Assembly (NCBI RefSeq): GCF_963921235.1
Contig: NC_086097.1
Span: 148,368,001 to 148,432,000 of the forward strand
Length of the DNA: 64,000 nt
Origin: Mobula hypostoma
Lineage: Eukaryota
Direction of reading: 5' to 3'
The position numbers were made by a program, and so were the translations under genes. The notes beneath the pieces are model-generated. The model saw nothing but the letters and a program-made list of their open reading frames with translations. It ran no database searches and was not told where the DNA came from. Positions 51,676 through 64,000 of this stretch are shown here, one piece after another (positions within the stretch are counted from its first letter, which is position 1; every line of letters begins with the position of its first letter).

Positions 51676-52309
51676 TCAGGTTTTGAAATGCTGTTAATGT
51701 TCTACACATCCGCATGCTGATGAGAGAAAGAGAAAAGAAAGAGGATAGTAAATACCCTCAAATTCAGTGATAAAGTGGACAAGCCAAGGCCTGAATAGGC
51801 CTTTAATGAAAGTCCTCAAGCAGAATCAGTTGACAAGTACTAGTCATTAGGCAGTGAATAATGGGGACTTTAATGTTAAAGTGGCAACAGCCAGTTACAA
51901 ATCTGCATTTCCTGATATGTGGCCCATTGCTGGTGTGCCTCATTTCATATGAATATTGTTTAATTATACAGAGTCTAATGGCTTCTGGAGCATCTCACCC
52001 AGTATGGGTAGGCCATTAAAAAATACATCAAGCTCCTCGAGGCTCTATAACCATTAATCATTCCCAACTACCTAGGTCTTTGTGACTCGGAGAACCTGCC
52101 AATCTTCTATCTTCAGGCACAGCTGCCAGCTTCTAATAGCATATTTTCATTGTGCAGTTAATGATATCCGTGATCCGACAGATACAGCCATTATAAAAAT
52201 CTACGTCAGGCACCACTGAAATTAAATGGCGTTGTAACCCCCTATTGCTGAATGGGAGTTTACATAGAATCAGATGACAAATTTGTAATAGAGTATATGT
52301 GAACAACAG

Positions 52310-54360
52310 ATTTCAATTTCGGAAACATTATTGCTACTTTATAAGGCTCCAAGCAAAAAACACCTTGAGTCCTGTGTTAGGTTTTCTGTCCATTCATAAG
52401 GAAGGATACCAGCACCGGAAACAATGTGGAGAGGGTTTCCCAGTTGGTTCCTGGGATGAAGGAATAAATGATGAAGATTGGTTGGGCGTTTATGCACTAA
52501 AGTTTAGGAGAACGAGAGGTAACTTAGTAAAATATTTAAAGTTTTGCGGTGGATTGACAAGGTGAATACTGAGAGGATATCCACTCCACCCGGATATTCT
52601 TGAACCAAGGTGCATAGTTTCAGACAAAGGGGTTCTCTCTTTAAGACAGAGTTGTGCCTCTTTAGAATTCTTTACCTCAGAGAGCTGTGGAATGGCATCA
52701 TTAAATGTATTATTATACGCCCTCTCTTTTGCATTTATAGTGGCTGTGACTTCCCTTGTCAGCCACAGTTGCATCATCCTGCCTTTAGAATACTTCTCCT
52801 TTGGGATATATATATATTCCACTCCTAGAAACTCCAGCCATTGCACCTCTGCTGTCATCCCTGCTAGTGCTCCTTCCAAATTAACTTTGGCCAACTCCTC
52901 TCTTATGCTTCTGTAATTCCTTTTACTCTACTGAACTACTAATATATTTGACTGCAGCTTCTCCCTCTCAAATTGCAGGGTGAATTCATCTGATCTTAAT
53001 TCTCTTCGTAGTCAAGACTTTACATGCATCAGTGACAGGACGGTTTTCCTTAAATACTAGTTAAGATTAGCTAGAGTTAGAGGTCACATCACCTCAGGGC
53101 ATCGGAGTTCAGAGTTCAATTCTAGTGCCATCTTTAAGGACTGTACGTTCTCCCCAGGATAGCAATGATTTCCTCCCACAGTCCAAAGATATACCGGTTA
53201 GTACATTAATTGGTCATTGTCAATTGTCCTGTGATGAGGCTAGATTTAAATATAGGCAGGTTGCTGGGCAGTGTGGCTCGTTGGACCTGAAAGAATGATA
53301 CAAGCATTGGCTGTTTGGCAGGAGGAAAAGAGTGGCAATAATTTCCTGACTGGTTGATAGTGACTAGTGGTGTTCCACAGGGGTCGATGTTGGGCCGTCT
53401 TTTTTTACATTGAATGTCAATGATTTGGTTGATGGATTTGATGGCTTTGTGGCCAAGCTTGTGGATGATATGAAGGTAGGTGGATGGGCAGGTAGTGTTG
53501 AGGAAGTAGGGAGATGCAGAAGGACTTAGACAGATTAGGAGAATGGGAAAGAAGTGGCAGATGGAATGCAGTGTCGGGAAGTGTATGATCAGGAATAAAA
53601 GCATAGACTATTTTCTAAACTGAGAAAATTCAAAATTCTGAGATGCAAAGGGATTTTGGTGTCCTCACACAGGATTCCCTAGAGTTTAGCTTGCAGGTTG
53701 AGTTGGTGGTAAGGAAGGCAAATGGGATGTTAGAATTCATTTCGAGAGAACTAGAATTTAAAAGGAAGGATGTAATTCTGAGGCTTAACAAGGCACTGAT
53801 GAGGCCTCGCTTGGAGTATTCTGAGCAGCTTTGGGCCCCTTATCGAGGAAAATATATGCTGACATAGTAGAGGGTTTAAAGGAGGTTACAAAAATGATTC
53901 TGGGATTGAAAGGCTTATCATATGAGGAGCAATTGATGGCTCTGGGCTTGTAGTTGATGGAGTTTAGAAGAATGAGGGGGAATCTCATTGAAACCTATTG
54001 AATGTTGAAAGGCCAGATAGAGTGGATGTGGAGAGGATGCTTCCTATAGTGGGGGAATCTAGGTCCAGAGGACACAATCCCGGAATAGAAACGTTGATTT
54101 GGATTGATGAGGAGATATTTCTTTAGCCAGAGGGTGATGAATCAGTGGAATTTGTTGCCACAGGTGGCTGTGGAGGCTAGGTCATTGAGTGTATTTAAAG
54201 CGGAGGTTGATAGATTCTTGATAGATCAGCACATGAAAGGTTACAGGAAGAAGGCAGGAGAATGGGGTTGAAGGGGAATTGACTCACCCATGATCAAATG
54301 GCAGAGCAGATGTGATGAGCCAGGTGGCCTGATTCTGCCCCAATGTTTTATGGTCTTATC
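52310..54360. mobile_element. CR1 fragment cluster (+ 52310-52700; - 52700-52990; + 53295-54360) with an HE1-like SINE piece at ~53080-53290
   Basis: VTSGVPQGSMLG...KLVDDMKVG; ALMRPRLEYSEQLWAPY; minus KVNLEGALAGMTAEVQWLEFL. Confidence 0.85.
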
Positions 54361-56779
54361 ATCTTACGATAGATTCTATAGATCTCATTTATTTGCAACA
54401 AGTTGAGCTACTCAAATCTCAATACTGTACCAGTACCCAACTGAGCTACAGTGAGGCCCTTATGGAAATGCACTGCTCAGACCTTTAGGTTCAGATCCAA
54501 ACTGATCCTAATAAAACCCTAACAGACATCTTGCTCAACGGCCCAGAAACTGAGGACAATTATTTTGGATGCTATGCATTTTTCACAATATCTTTAAAGA
54601 AAAGGATGCTATTCTTGAACTGGATGTAGGAAAGTGAAAAGAAGGGAGCACAAAATCAATTATATGCCAATACACTCAGAAGAGATAGTGTGAGACATTC
54701 TTGAAGACAAACGTTTTAAAATTTAGGGAAGATTTGACAGGCCTCATCTTCATTATGGGGACATGCACCAGATGCCTTTTCAGAACTTCGGGAGATTCAA
54801 TGACTGAGGAGACTCTTGTCCCAGAGGAGATAATGATCAAGGTCTGTGTCGTTCAGCAGCCTGAACTATTGCTGCCTGAACCATGCATGAACTGCTTTGC
54901 CATTGCAAATTGATGCTTGGAACATTAGCAAGATATTTTAATTGCAACTCATCTTTGCATTAGGAAAAATTCAAAAGTTCCCTTCACAAGAAGAGCAGAA
55001 TTATTTTCATTTGCCTTGATGAGAAACATTATCTTGTGTATACATGGAGACTACCACCGTTACAGACCACCTGATGATGCACGTCTTGAATGAATTACCT
55101 GGAAGAGTGAACTGCTCAAGCACCATTGCTCACCATATCCTGAAGGATAGATTATTTTGAACTAAGTCGCAAAGGCAAACAGTTAAATAATAAAAAAAGA
55201 GCGGGCCAAAACTTATTAGAACAAAATGAATGGATAATATTTTGCTGACTTTATGCTTAAGACGGCTTCCAGCTCTTCTACTGATTTCTTTGCTTATGTA
55301 TTGACAGCCAATTTCTAGAGAGTTCCCCAGCTACCAAAATGGATTTGTGATGAATCTTCACTCCACTCCATTGATAGCTGTCCTAACTCTTCAGGGGATA
55401 CCTATTGATCAGATAGATTAGCTTTCATCCTGGCTATTTTCACAACTGATGTATGTTTGGCAGCAGGACACCTTATTCAATTGCATTATGGAAAGCAGAG
55501 AAAATAAACAACGACCATTTGAGTATTGACTTTAAAAGTAGATCTATTGAAATAATATTTAAAAGTGCATAATTGAAGGTCACTAGTGATATAAACAGAG
55601 TAGGGATTTTCGAACAGGCTTCTTATGCTGTGAAACCAACATTGTACACAACAATATACAACCAACAAGTTCACAGGCACAAAATAACCAAGTCAAATGT
55701 CTAACTAAACTGAAAAATCTGGGTACTTATTGTCAGCATTCACTGGCTTTGACTTAATTTGGTGAAAAGTTTCCACAGTTTCTAACTTTCCTCCCATTCA
55801 GACCTGTTATCCTAGCGGTAGGTGGAAGCCAGCAGGGTAGCTGTCCAAAACTAGTTTGTTACTAGTGACATTGCACAGTACTAGATTTTTTCTTCCTTGG
55901 CTTGGCATCAACTTCAAAATAAAGTTAATGGTCTCGTTGCCCTGTTAACCCTTGTGTTATGACCAGACTCATTGTTATATGGTCTTTTATCAAGTGCCTA
56001 CAGCCCTTTCACTCTGAAAATTAGGGCCCTGCAATATATGGATTCCAACTATCGTTTAGGTCACAACAGTTCAGAAGCTGCAGTGTGCCAAAAGCAGTTG
56101 AATTGATCAGATGTACCTGAGTAGACAATTCTTATTGTTGGTCTCGAAAAACAGGGATATTCCACCGGGACATGCGCTCCAGTCCACAAGAGTACTTACC
56201 ACTTGTATCACGGTGGCTTGGAGTGTCTTGCAACTTTCACTTCTATAATAACCCCATGTGTCGTCAAAAAGCCTGTTCCACTCTTTATGGAAGAGTCAGA
56301 TGTTAATCCAAAGATGCGTAGATCGGTAGGTTAGTGCGACACTCTACATTGCCCATAGTATTCAGGTAGATCCTGTGTGGAAGTGATTGGAATGTAGCGA
56401 GAATAGATGATGGGAAATTTATTCTGTGAGCTGGCAGGTATTCAAATGGACTGAATGTGGGTTCCTTACAGTTGGAAGAAGTGATGAAGATCTAGAATTT
56501 GGAACATCATATTCCTTCCTCAATTGTTTGGAGCAGGTACAATAGTATCATATAAGAAGCATTTGGAGAGGTACATGGAGGGGTGATGCTGAGAGAGATA
56601 TGGGCTGAATGCCTAGCATGGATTCATTGGGCTGAAGGGCCTGTATCTGTGCTGTATTGCTTTATGACTTTAGCAATGTTATCCAATCTCTCCCAATTAA
56701 AAAATAATACTTTGTTTTTCTGTTTTGTGCAGCAAGGTGGCTAACTTCATGTTTGACAACAATATGTTCTTTCAAACAC

Positions 56780-58274
56780 ACTAACATCTTCAACATCTCC
56801 CTGAGCAGCGCCATTGTTCCTACATGCTTCAAGGCTGCCACCACCATCCCCGTGCCGAAGAAATCTTCAGTGTCCTGTCTCAACAACTACCATCCCGTTG
56901 CACTCACATCCATCATCGTGAAGTGTTTCGAGAGGTTCATCATGAGGCACATCAAGACCCTGCTGCCCCCCTTACTGGACCCCCTGCAGTTCGCGTACCA
57001 TCCCAACCGTTCAACAGACGATGCCATTGCCATCACTCTCCAGCTGGCCCTAACCCACCTGGACAGAAAAGACACGTACGTTCGAATGCTCTTCATAGCC
57101 TTCAGTTCAGCATTCAACACAATCATTCCTCAGAAACTGATTGGAAAGCTGAGCCTACTGGGCCTGAACACCTTCCTCTGCAACTGGATCCTAGACTTCC
57201 TAATTGGGAGACCTCAGTCAGTCCAGATCGGAAGCAGCATCTCCAACACCATCACACTGAGCATGGGGGCCCCCCAGGGCTGTGTGCTCAGTCCACTGCT
57301 GTTCACTCTGCTGACCCACGACTGTGCTGCAACACACAGCTCAAACCACATCATCAAGTTCGCCGATGACACAACCGTGGTGGGTCTCATCAGCAAGAAC
57401 GATGAGTCAGCATACAAGAGGAGGCGCAGAGGCTAATGGATTGGTACAGAGCCAACAACCTGTCTCTGAATGTGAACAAGACAAAAAAGGTGGCTGTCGA
57501 CTGCAGGAGGACATGGAGCGACCACTCTCCGCTGAACATCGACGACTCCTCCGTGGAGATCATTAAGCGCACCAAATTTCTTGATGTTCACCTGGCGGAG
57601 AATCTCACCTGGTCCCTCAACACCAGCTCCATAGCAAAGAAAGCCCAACAGCATCTCTACTTTCTGCGAAGGCTGAGAAAAGTCCATCTCCCACCCCTAC
57701 ATCCTCACCATATTCTACAGAGCAGCTGCATCACTGCCTGGTTCGGAAATTGCACCGTCTCGGATAGCAAGACCCTGCAGCGGATAGTGAGGTCAGCTGA
57801 GTAGATCATTGGGGCCCGCCATTACAGACATTTACACCACACGCTGCAACCAAAGCAGACAGCATTATGAAGGACCCCACGCACCCCTCATACAAACTCT
57901 TCTCCCTCCTGCCATCTGACAAAAGGCAACAAAGCATTTGGGCTGTCACGACCAGATTATGCAGAAGTTTCTTCCCCCAAGCCATCAGACTCTTCAATAC
58001 ACAGAGCCTGGACTGACACCAACCTACTGCCTCTACTGTGCCTATTGTCTTGTTTATTATTTATTGTAATGCCTGCACTGTTTTGTGCACTTTATGCAAT
58101 CCTGGGTAGGTCTGTAGTCTAGTGTAGTTTTGTGTTGTTTTATGTAGTTCAGTGTAGTTTTTGTATTGTTTCATGTAGCATCATGGTCCTGAAAAACATT
58201 GTCTCATTTTTACTGTGTACTGTACCAGCAGTTATGGTCGAAATGACAATAAGAAGTGACTTGACTTGACTTGA
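56780..58274 (+). mobile_element. Rex1/Babar 5'-truncated young copy: RT, 3' UTR and (gactt)n tail
   Basis: 227-aa [19 protein letters not shown]...LDPLQFAY...[13 protein letters not shown]...[13 protein letters not shown]; frameshift near 57425; tail aagtgacttgacttgacttga. Confidence 0.95.
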
Positions 58275-58579
58275 ACTCACTTACTGTATCTCCCCTTTAT
58301 ATAGTCCTCCATTTTTACAATTGCAGCTATATTTTTAATATTACCAACTAACTTAATTGAATATCTGCCCCATCTGTCATTTCTCTAGTGGTTATTTCTT
58401 CAGTAGTTTGAAGTCAGCCAGTGAGAACAGCGAGAAGAGTTTAAAAGGAGACACCTAATAGAGTGGGTGTCAGAGGAGCGGGCAACAGGGTAGAGGGAGA
58501 CAGGGTAGGAAGGCTTTGGCTCAACGGGGCTTCAGTGATAATGGGTCGAGGCGAGGTAGGTTGCCTGTGTAGAATACAG

Positions 58580-59502
58580 TCATGTGAGGCTGGTGTTCTG
58601 TGCTCGGTGTTAGATGTAGGACGTCCGAGAGACTCCCAGACTCCCGGATGGCCACATCTGTGCCAGGTGCGTTGAGCTGCAGCTCCTTAGGGACCGCTTT
58701 AGGGAACTGGAGATGCAGCTCGATGACCTTCGTCTGGTCAGAGAAAGTGAAAAGGTGATAGAGAGGAGCTATAGACAGGTAATCACACCGGGGCTTCGGG
58801 AGACAGATAAGTGGGTAACAGTTAGAGAGGGAAGGGCAGGAGAAAGAGGCTAGAGAGGAGTACCCCTGTAGCTGTCCCCCTTGACAGTAAGTACTCCTGC
58901 TTGAGTACTGTTGGGGGGGGGGTGTGCGGGGACAGCCTACCTGGGGGAAGCAACACTGGCAATGCCTCTGGCACAGAATCCGGTCCTGTGGCTCAGAAGG
59001 GTAGGGAAAGGATGAGGATGGCAACAGTGATAGGGGACTCTTTAGTTAGGGGGTCAGACAGGTGATTCTGTGGACACAGGAAAGAACAATGGATGGTAGT
59101 TTGCCTCCCAGGTGCCAGGGTCCAGGATGTTTCTGATCGCGTCCAGGATATCCTGAAGTGGGGAGGAGAACAGCCAGAGGTCGTGGTACATATTGGTACC
59201 AATGACACAGGCAGGAAAAGGGAGGACATCCTGAAAGCAGACTACAGGGAGTTAGGAAGGAAGTTGAGAAGCAGGACCTCGCGATTACTGCTTGTGCCAC
59301 ACAACAGTGAGTATAGGATTAGGGTGAGGTGGAGGATAAATGCGTGGCTGAGGGATTGGAGCAGGGGCAAGGAGTCAGATTTCTGGACCTCCTTTGGGGC
59401 GGGAGTGACCTGTACAAAAAGGATGGGTTGCACTTGAATCCCAGGGGGACCGATATCCTGGCGTGGAGGAATGCTCAGGCTATTGGGGAGAGTTTAAACT
59501 AG
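58580..59502 (+). pseudogene. CR1 ORF1 (Cys-rich N-terminus, coiled coil, SGNH/GDSL esterase), disrupted
   Basis: VIGDSLVRG at ~59027-59053, VVCLPGARVQD, VVVHIGTND and DGLHLN. Confidence 0.9.
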
Positions 59503-61125
59503 GATTTCTGGGTGGGTGGGAACCAAGCTAAAGAGACGGAGGAACAGGCAGTTGGCTCACAAATCGAGAAAGCTTGGAGACAGTGAGAAAGGGAGGATAG
59601 GCAGGTGATAGAGAAGGGATACGCTCAGATTGATGGTTTGAGATGTGTCTTTTTTAATGCAGGGAAAATTATGAACAAAGCGGATGAGCTTAGAGCGTGG
59701 ATCAGTACTTGGAGCTATGATGTTGTGGCCATTACAGAACCTTGGATGGTTCAGGGGCAGGGATGGTTACTTCGAGTGCCAGGCTTTAGACGTTTCAGAA
59801 AGGACAGGGAGAAAGGCAAAAGAGGTGGGAGCATGGCACTGTTGACCAAAGAGTGTGTCATGGCTGCAGAAAAGGAGGAAGACATGGAGGGATCGGCTAT
59901 GGAGTCTCTGTGGGTGGGAGTTAGGAACAGGAAGGGGTCAATAACTCTATTGGGTACTTTTTGTAGACCACCCAATAGTAACAATGACATCGAAGAGCAG
60001 ATAGGGACACAGATTCTGGAAAGATGTAACAACAACAGCATTGTCGTGGTGAGAGATTTTAATTTCCCAAATATTGATTGGCATGTCTCTAGAGCAAGGG
60101 GTTTAGATGGGGTGGAGTTTGTTAGGTGTGTTCAGGAAGGTTTCTTGACACAATATGTAGATAAGCCTACAAGAGGAGAGGCTGTACTTGATCTGGTATT
60201 GGAAAATGAACCTGGTCAGGTGTCAGATCTCTCAGTGGGAGAGCATTTTGGAGATAGTGATCACAATTCTATCTCATTTACCATAGCATTGGAGAGGGAT
60301 AGGAATAGACAAGTTAGAAAAGCGTTTAATTGGAGTAAGGGGAAATATGAGACTATCAGGCAGTAACTTGGAAGCATAAATTGGGAACAGATGTTCTCAA
60401 GGAAATGTACGGAAGAAATGTGGCAAATGTTCAGGACATATTTGCGTGGCATTCTGCATAGGTATGTTCCAATCAGACAGGAAAAGGATGGTAGGGTACA
60501 GGAACCATGATGTACAATGGCTGTTGAAAATCTAGTCAAGAAGAAAAGAAGCACTTATGAAAGGTTCAAAAACCTAGGTAATGATAGGGATCTAGAAAAT
60601 TATAGGGCTAGCAGGAAGGGCCTTAAGAAAGAAATTAGGAGAGCCAGAAGGGGTCATGAGAAGGCCTTGGTGGACAAGATTAAGGAAAACCACAAGCATT
60701 CTACAGGTATCTGAAGAACAAGAGGATAAGACATGAGAGAATAGGACCAAACAAGTGTGACAAAGAAAAGTGTGTATGGAACTGGAGGAGATAGTAATGA
60801 GTACTTTGCTTCAGTATTCACTACGGAAAAGGATCTTGGCGATTGTAGGGATGACTTACAGTGGACTGAAAAGATTGACTATGTAGATATTAAGAAAAAG
60901 GATGTGCTGCAGCTTTTGGAAATCATCAAGTTGGATAAGTCACCAGGACCGGATGAGATGTACCCCAGGGAGGAGATTGCTGAGCCTCTGGCGATGATCT
61001 TTCCATCATCAATGGGGACAGGAGAGGTTCCAGAGGGTTGGAGGGTTGCGGATGTTGTTCCATTATTCAAGAATGAGAGCAGAGATAGCCCAGGAAATTA
61101 TAGACCAGCGAGTCTTACTTCAGTC

Positions 61126-61262
61126 AACATACATCAAAGTTGCTGGTGAACGCAGCAGGCCAGGCAGCATCTATAGGAAGAGGCGCAGTCGACGTTTCAG
61201 GCCGAGACCCTTCGTCAGGACTAACTGAAGGAAGAGTGAGTAAGGGATTTGAAAGCTGGAGG
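61126..61262 (-). mobile_element. PLE pLTR fragment inserted in the CR1 RT
   Basis: Nearly identical to 3050-3160; interrupts CR1 YRPASLTS|VV..LMEKI. Confidence 0.88.
61187..61222 (-). ncRNA. Minimal type I hammerhead ribozyme motif in a PLE pLTR
   Basis: Identical to the 3112-3147 motif. Confidence 0.7.
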
Positions 61263-63123
61263 AGTGGTTGATTAGTTGATGGAGAAGATCCTGAGAGGCA
61301 GGATTTATGAACATTTGGAGAAGCATAATATGATTAGGAATAGTCAGCATGACTTTGTCAAAGGCCTTATGAACCTGATTGAATTTTTTGAGGGTTTGAC
61401 TAAACATATTGATGAAGGTAGAGCAGTAGATGTAGTGTATATGGATTTCAGCAAGGCATTTGACAAGGTACCCCATGCAAGGCTTATTGAGAAAGTAAGG
61501 AGGCATGGGATCCAAGGAGACATTGCTTTGTGGATCCAGAATTGGCTTGCCCACAGAAGGTAAAGAGTGGTTGTAGACAGGTCATACTCTGCATGGAAGT
61601 CAGTGACCAGTGGTGTGCCTCAGGGATCTGTTCTGAGACCCCTACTCTTCGTGATTCAAAACTGGGCTGAGAAGTGGCAGATGGAGCTCAACCCAGATAA
61701 GTGTGAGGCATTTTGGTAGGTCAGATATGATGGCGAATATAGTATTAATGGTAAGACTCTTGGCAGTGTGGAGGATCAGAGGGGTCCTGGGGTCTGTGTC
61801 CATAGGACACTCAAAGCTGCTATGCAGATTGACTGCGGTTAAGAAAGCATGCGGTGCATTGGCCTTCATCAATCGTGGGATTGAGTTTAGGAGCTGAGAG
61901 GTAATGCTGCAGCTATATAGGACCCTGATCAGACCCCACTTGGAGTACTGTGCTCAGTTCTGGTTGCCTCACTACAGGAAGGATGTGGAAACCAGAGAAA
62001 GGGTGCAGAGGAGATTTACAAGGATGTTGCCTGGATTGGGGAGCATGCCCATAGGGGAGCATAGGTTGAGTGAACTCAGTCTTTTTTCCTTGGATTGATG
62101 GAGGATTAGAGGTGACCTGAAAGAGTTATACAAGATGATGAGAGGCATTGATCATGTGGATAGTCAGAGGCTTTTTCCCAGGGCTGAAATGGCTAGCACG
62201 AGAGGGCACATTTTTAAGGTGCTTGGAAGTAGGTACAGAGGAGATGTCGGGATAAACTTTTTACGCAGAGTGTTGTGAGTGCATGGAATGGGCTGTGGGC
62301 GACGATGGTGGAGGCAGGTACAATAGGGTCTTTAAGAGACTCCTGGACAGGTACATGGAGCTCAGAAAAATAGAGTGCTATGGGTAATCCCAGGTAATTT
62401 CTAAGGTAAGGACATGTTCGGCACAACTTTGTGGGCCGAAGGGCCTGTATTGTGCTGTAGGTTTTATCTGTTTCTATGTGTCTATAAATTCATGCTGAGT
62501 CCATAGCTGTCTATTTTTTTCAGCTCATTTCTGTAATCACCCCATGTGCTGTCAAAAAGCCTTTCTTCTTGTTCATTAAAGAACCTGATGATAATCCAGA
62601 GATGTTGTATTACTTATCAAGCTTTTCTATTCTACATCCTTCATCGTGGATTTCTAGCATTTCCCTACTACTTCAAGGTCACTTGATCAAAATCCTAGAA
62701 TACTCTGCCAACTGTCCATTTAATATGTAATGTCAAGTTGTTTCTAGTAACTAAATTTTCCAACTTAAAAATTCACTACAATGGGATCGGAATAGATTGG
62801 TCAGCCTTTCAGGATGGTGAGTCGTGTTCTTGAAACCTTGCAATCCATTGACTGAAAGTGCACAGAGCTAGGCTAACAAGTCTGTCCCTGTTTTATTTCT
62901 CCATCTTTCGTTAAATATTGGATTCATGTTTCTGCCTTCTAATCCACAGAAAGAATCTCCACAATTTACAGAATTCTACAAGATAGTAAATACAATGTTT
63001 ATTATATCTGTTCCCACCTCTGTCAAAACATGAAATGTAAATCATTGTGTTCTTGAGACTTATCATATTTCAGTATCACTGACTTTTTGAGTACACTTTT
63101 ATACTAATATAATATATGCTCAC

Positions 63124-63170
63124 ATGACAGAATGCTTGTGTTCCTGTAAACCCATCCATGTCATAATTTT
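63124..63170 (-). other. Candidate 47-nt internal exon of an unidentified transcript
   Basis: Minus strand: ttttattatttttttcattgtcAG | exon | GTGAGC; open as NYDMDGFTGTQAFCH or KIMTWMGLQEHKHSV. Confidence 0.3.
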
Positions 63171-64000
63171 CTGACAATGAAAAAAATAATAAAATTTGCT
63201 TTAATTTGCACTTTGTGTTTACTTGTTTATTTATTTCTGTCATGAATTTCACAAGAGTAATTTTTTGTTCTGTATCTGACGTGTTTGTGAATTCCATAAG
63301 GGCAATTTTCCATCACCTGACTGGCCATAACTGCAGGGGTACACAATACTTATCTTCCTCCATTTTCCGGTCTCAATAGATCCTTGGTTCTTTTGTTTTA
63401 TTTTGGGCAGTTCTTTTTTTCTTCTACTGTAGAGACAAACTCACAAAGTAATTGTTTTATTTCTTTGCCATTTTCATATTGATCATTGTAAATTCTTCCA
63501 TCTCTCTCTGCAAGACACCACAACATTACTTAGACCTTACTATTCTCTTCCTTCCTTTACCACAATATCTTTTCTACTACATCTGGATGTACAGCTGTTG
63601 GAGGCAATGTGCACTATCTCTTTGAGATACAGTAGACTAACAGCTTCGATGATTTTTAGTCAGCGTAACCTTCTGCTACTCACAGAAATGAAATTTGAAT
63701 TTGTACAAAGGCAATAAATATTATCAATGTATTTTAACATAAATCCTCATAAAAAGTAAATCCCACAAAAGAAATCCTCAACGTGAATAAATCTTCATTT
63801 TATCTAGTGCTTGGTGTGTATGGAGTAAAAGGAACAAAAACATGAAATTATGAATGCAAAACAGGATATTTTGTAGCAATTCAGTTTCATTACTTTGAAA
63901 ACAGATATGCATGGGAAAAAGAGGCATTTTATTCAGCACATTAAGATTGGATTAGTTTTGAAAATTTTTACTGAAATATCTAACACATGAGCCCATGCTG

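Larger units (their letters stand above)
59605..62370 (+). pseudogene. CR1 ORF2 (APE endonuclease plus RT), disrupted
   Basis: YDVVAITEPW, DFNFPNIDW, GDSDHNSI, KSPGPD, VVYMDFSKAFDKVPH, GVPQGSVL; stops, frameshifts and a deletion at 61656/61657. Confidence 0.93.
58410..62484 (+). mobile_element. Near full-length CR1 LINE, inactive
   Basis: 5' UTR, ORF1 and ORF2 in order; 3' end gggccgaagggcctgtattgtgctgtag...ttctatgtgtctat. Confidence 0.95.

Noticed and set aside
55318..55410. LRR-like peptide LPKWICDESSLHSIDSCPN
   Set aside because: Single partial match missing two consensus leucines, ends in a stop, and has no neighbouring repeats.
56824..57369. 181-aa His/Pro-rich overlapping ORF
   Set aside because: Shadow frame of the C-rich Rex1 RT coding sequence.
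58521..59024. 167-aa minus ORF
   Set aside because: Antisense to CR1 ORF1.

Overview
Eukaryotic, repeat-dense, apparently intronic or intergenic vertebrate DNA. The repeat families (CR1 LINEs, Rex1/Babar LINEs, abundant Penelope-like elements with short pseudo-LTRs, HE1/V-type SINEs, RTE fossils, Tc1 and hAT non-autonomous elements) look like a cartilaginous fish, probably a ray; this is pattern recognition, not a database result. I could not identify a host protein-coding gene. The recognisable ORFs are decayed transposon frames, and most of the rest look like antisense or chance frames. Best-supported items: a near full-length CR1 (58.4-62.5 kb), a young Rex1 3' half (56.8-58.3 kb), four large Penelope fragments, a solo LTR, two Tc1 relics, a fully palindromic hAT MITE, and several nested insertions with target-site duplications (TSDs). 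Most interesting: intact minimal hammerhead-ribozyme motifs in short hairpin-shaped Penelope derivatives, a young SINE with a putative pseudoknot, a teleost-looking hAT element, a decayed 33-bp tandem array over ~5.7 kb, and an unexplained gap-free 80-nt duplicate next to splice-like signals. Boundaries without a stated TSD or terminal repeat are approximate.
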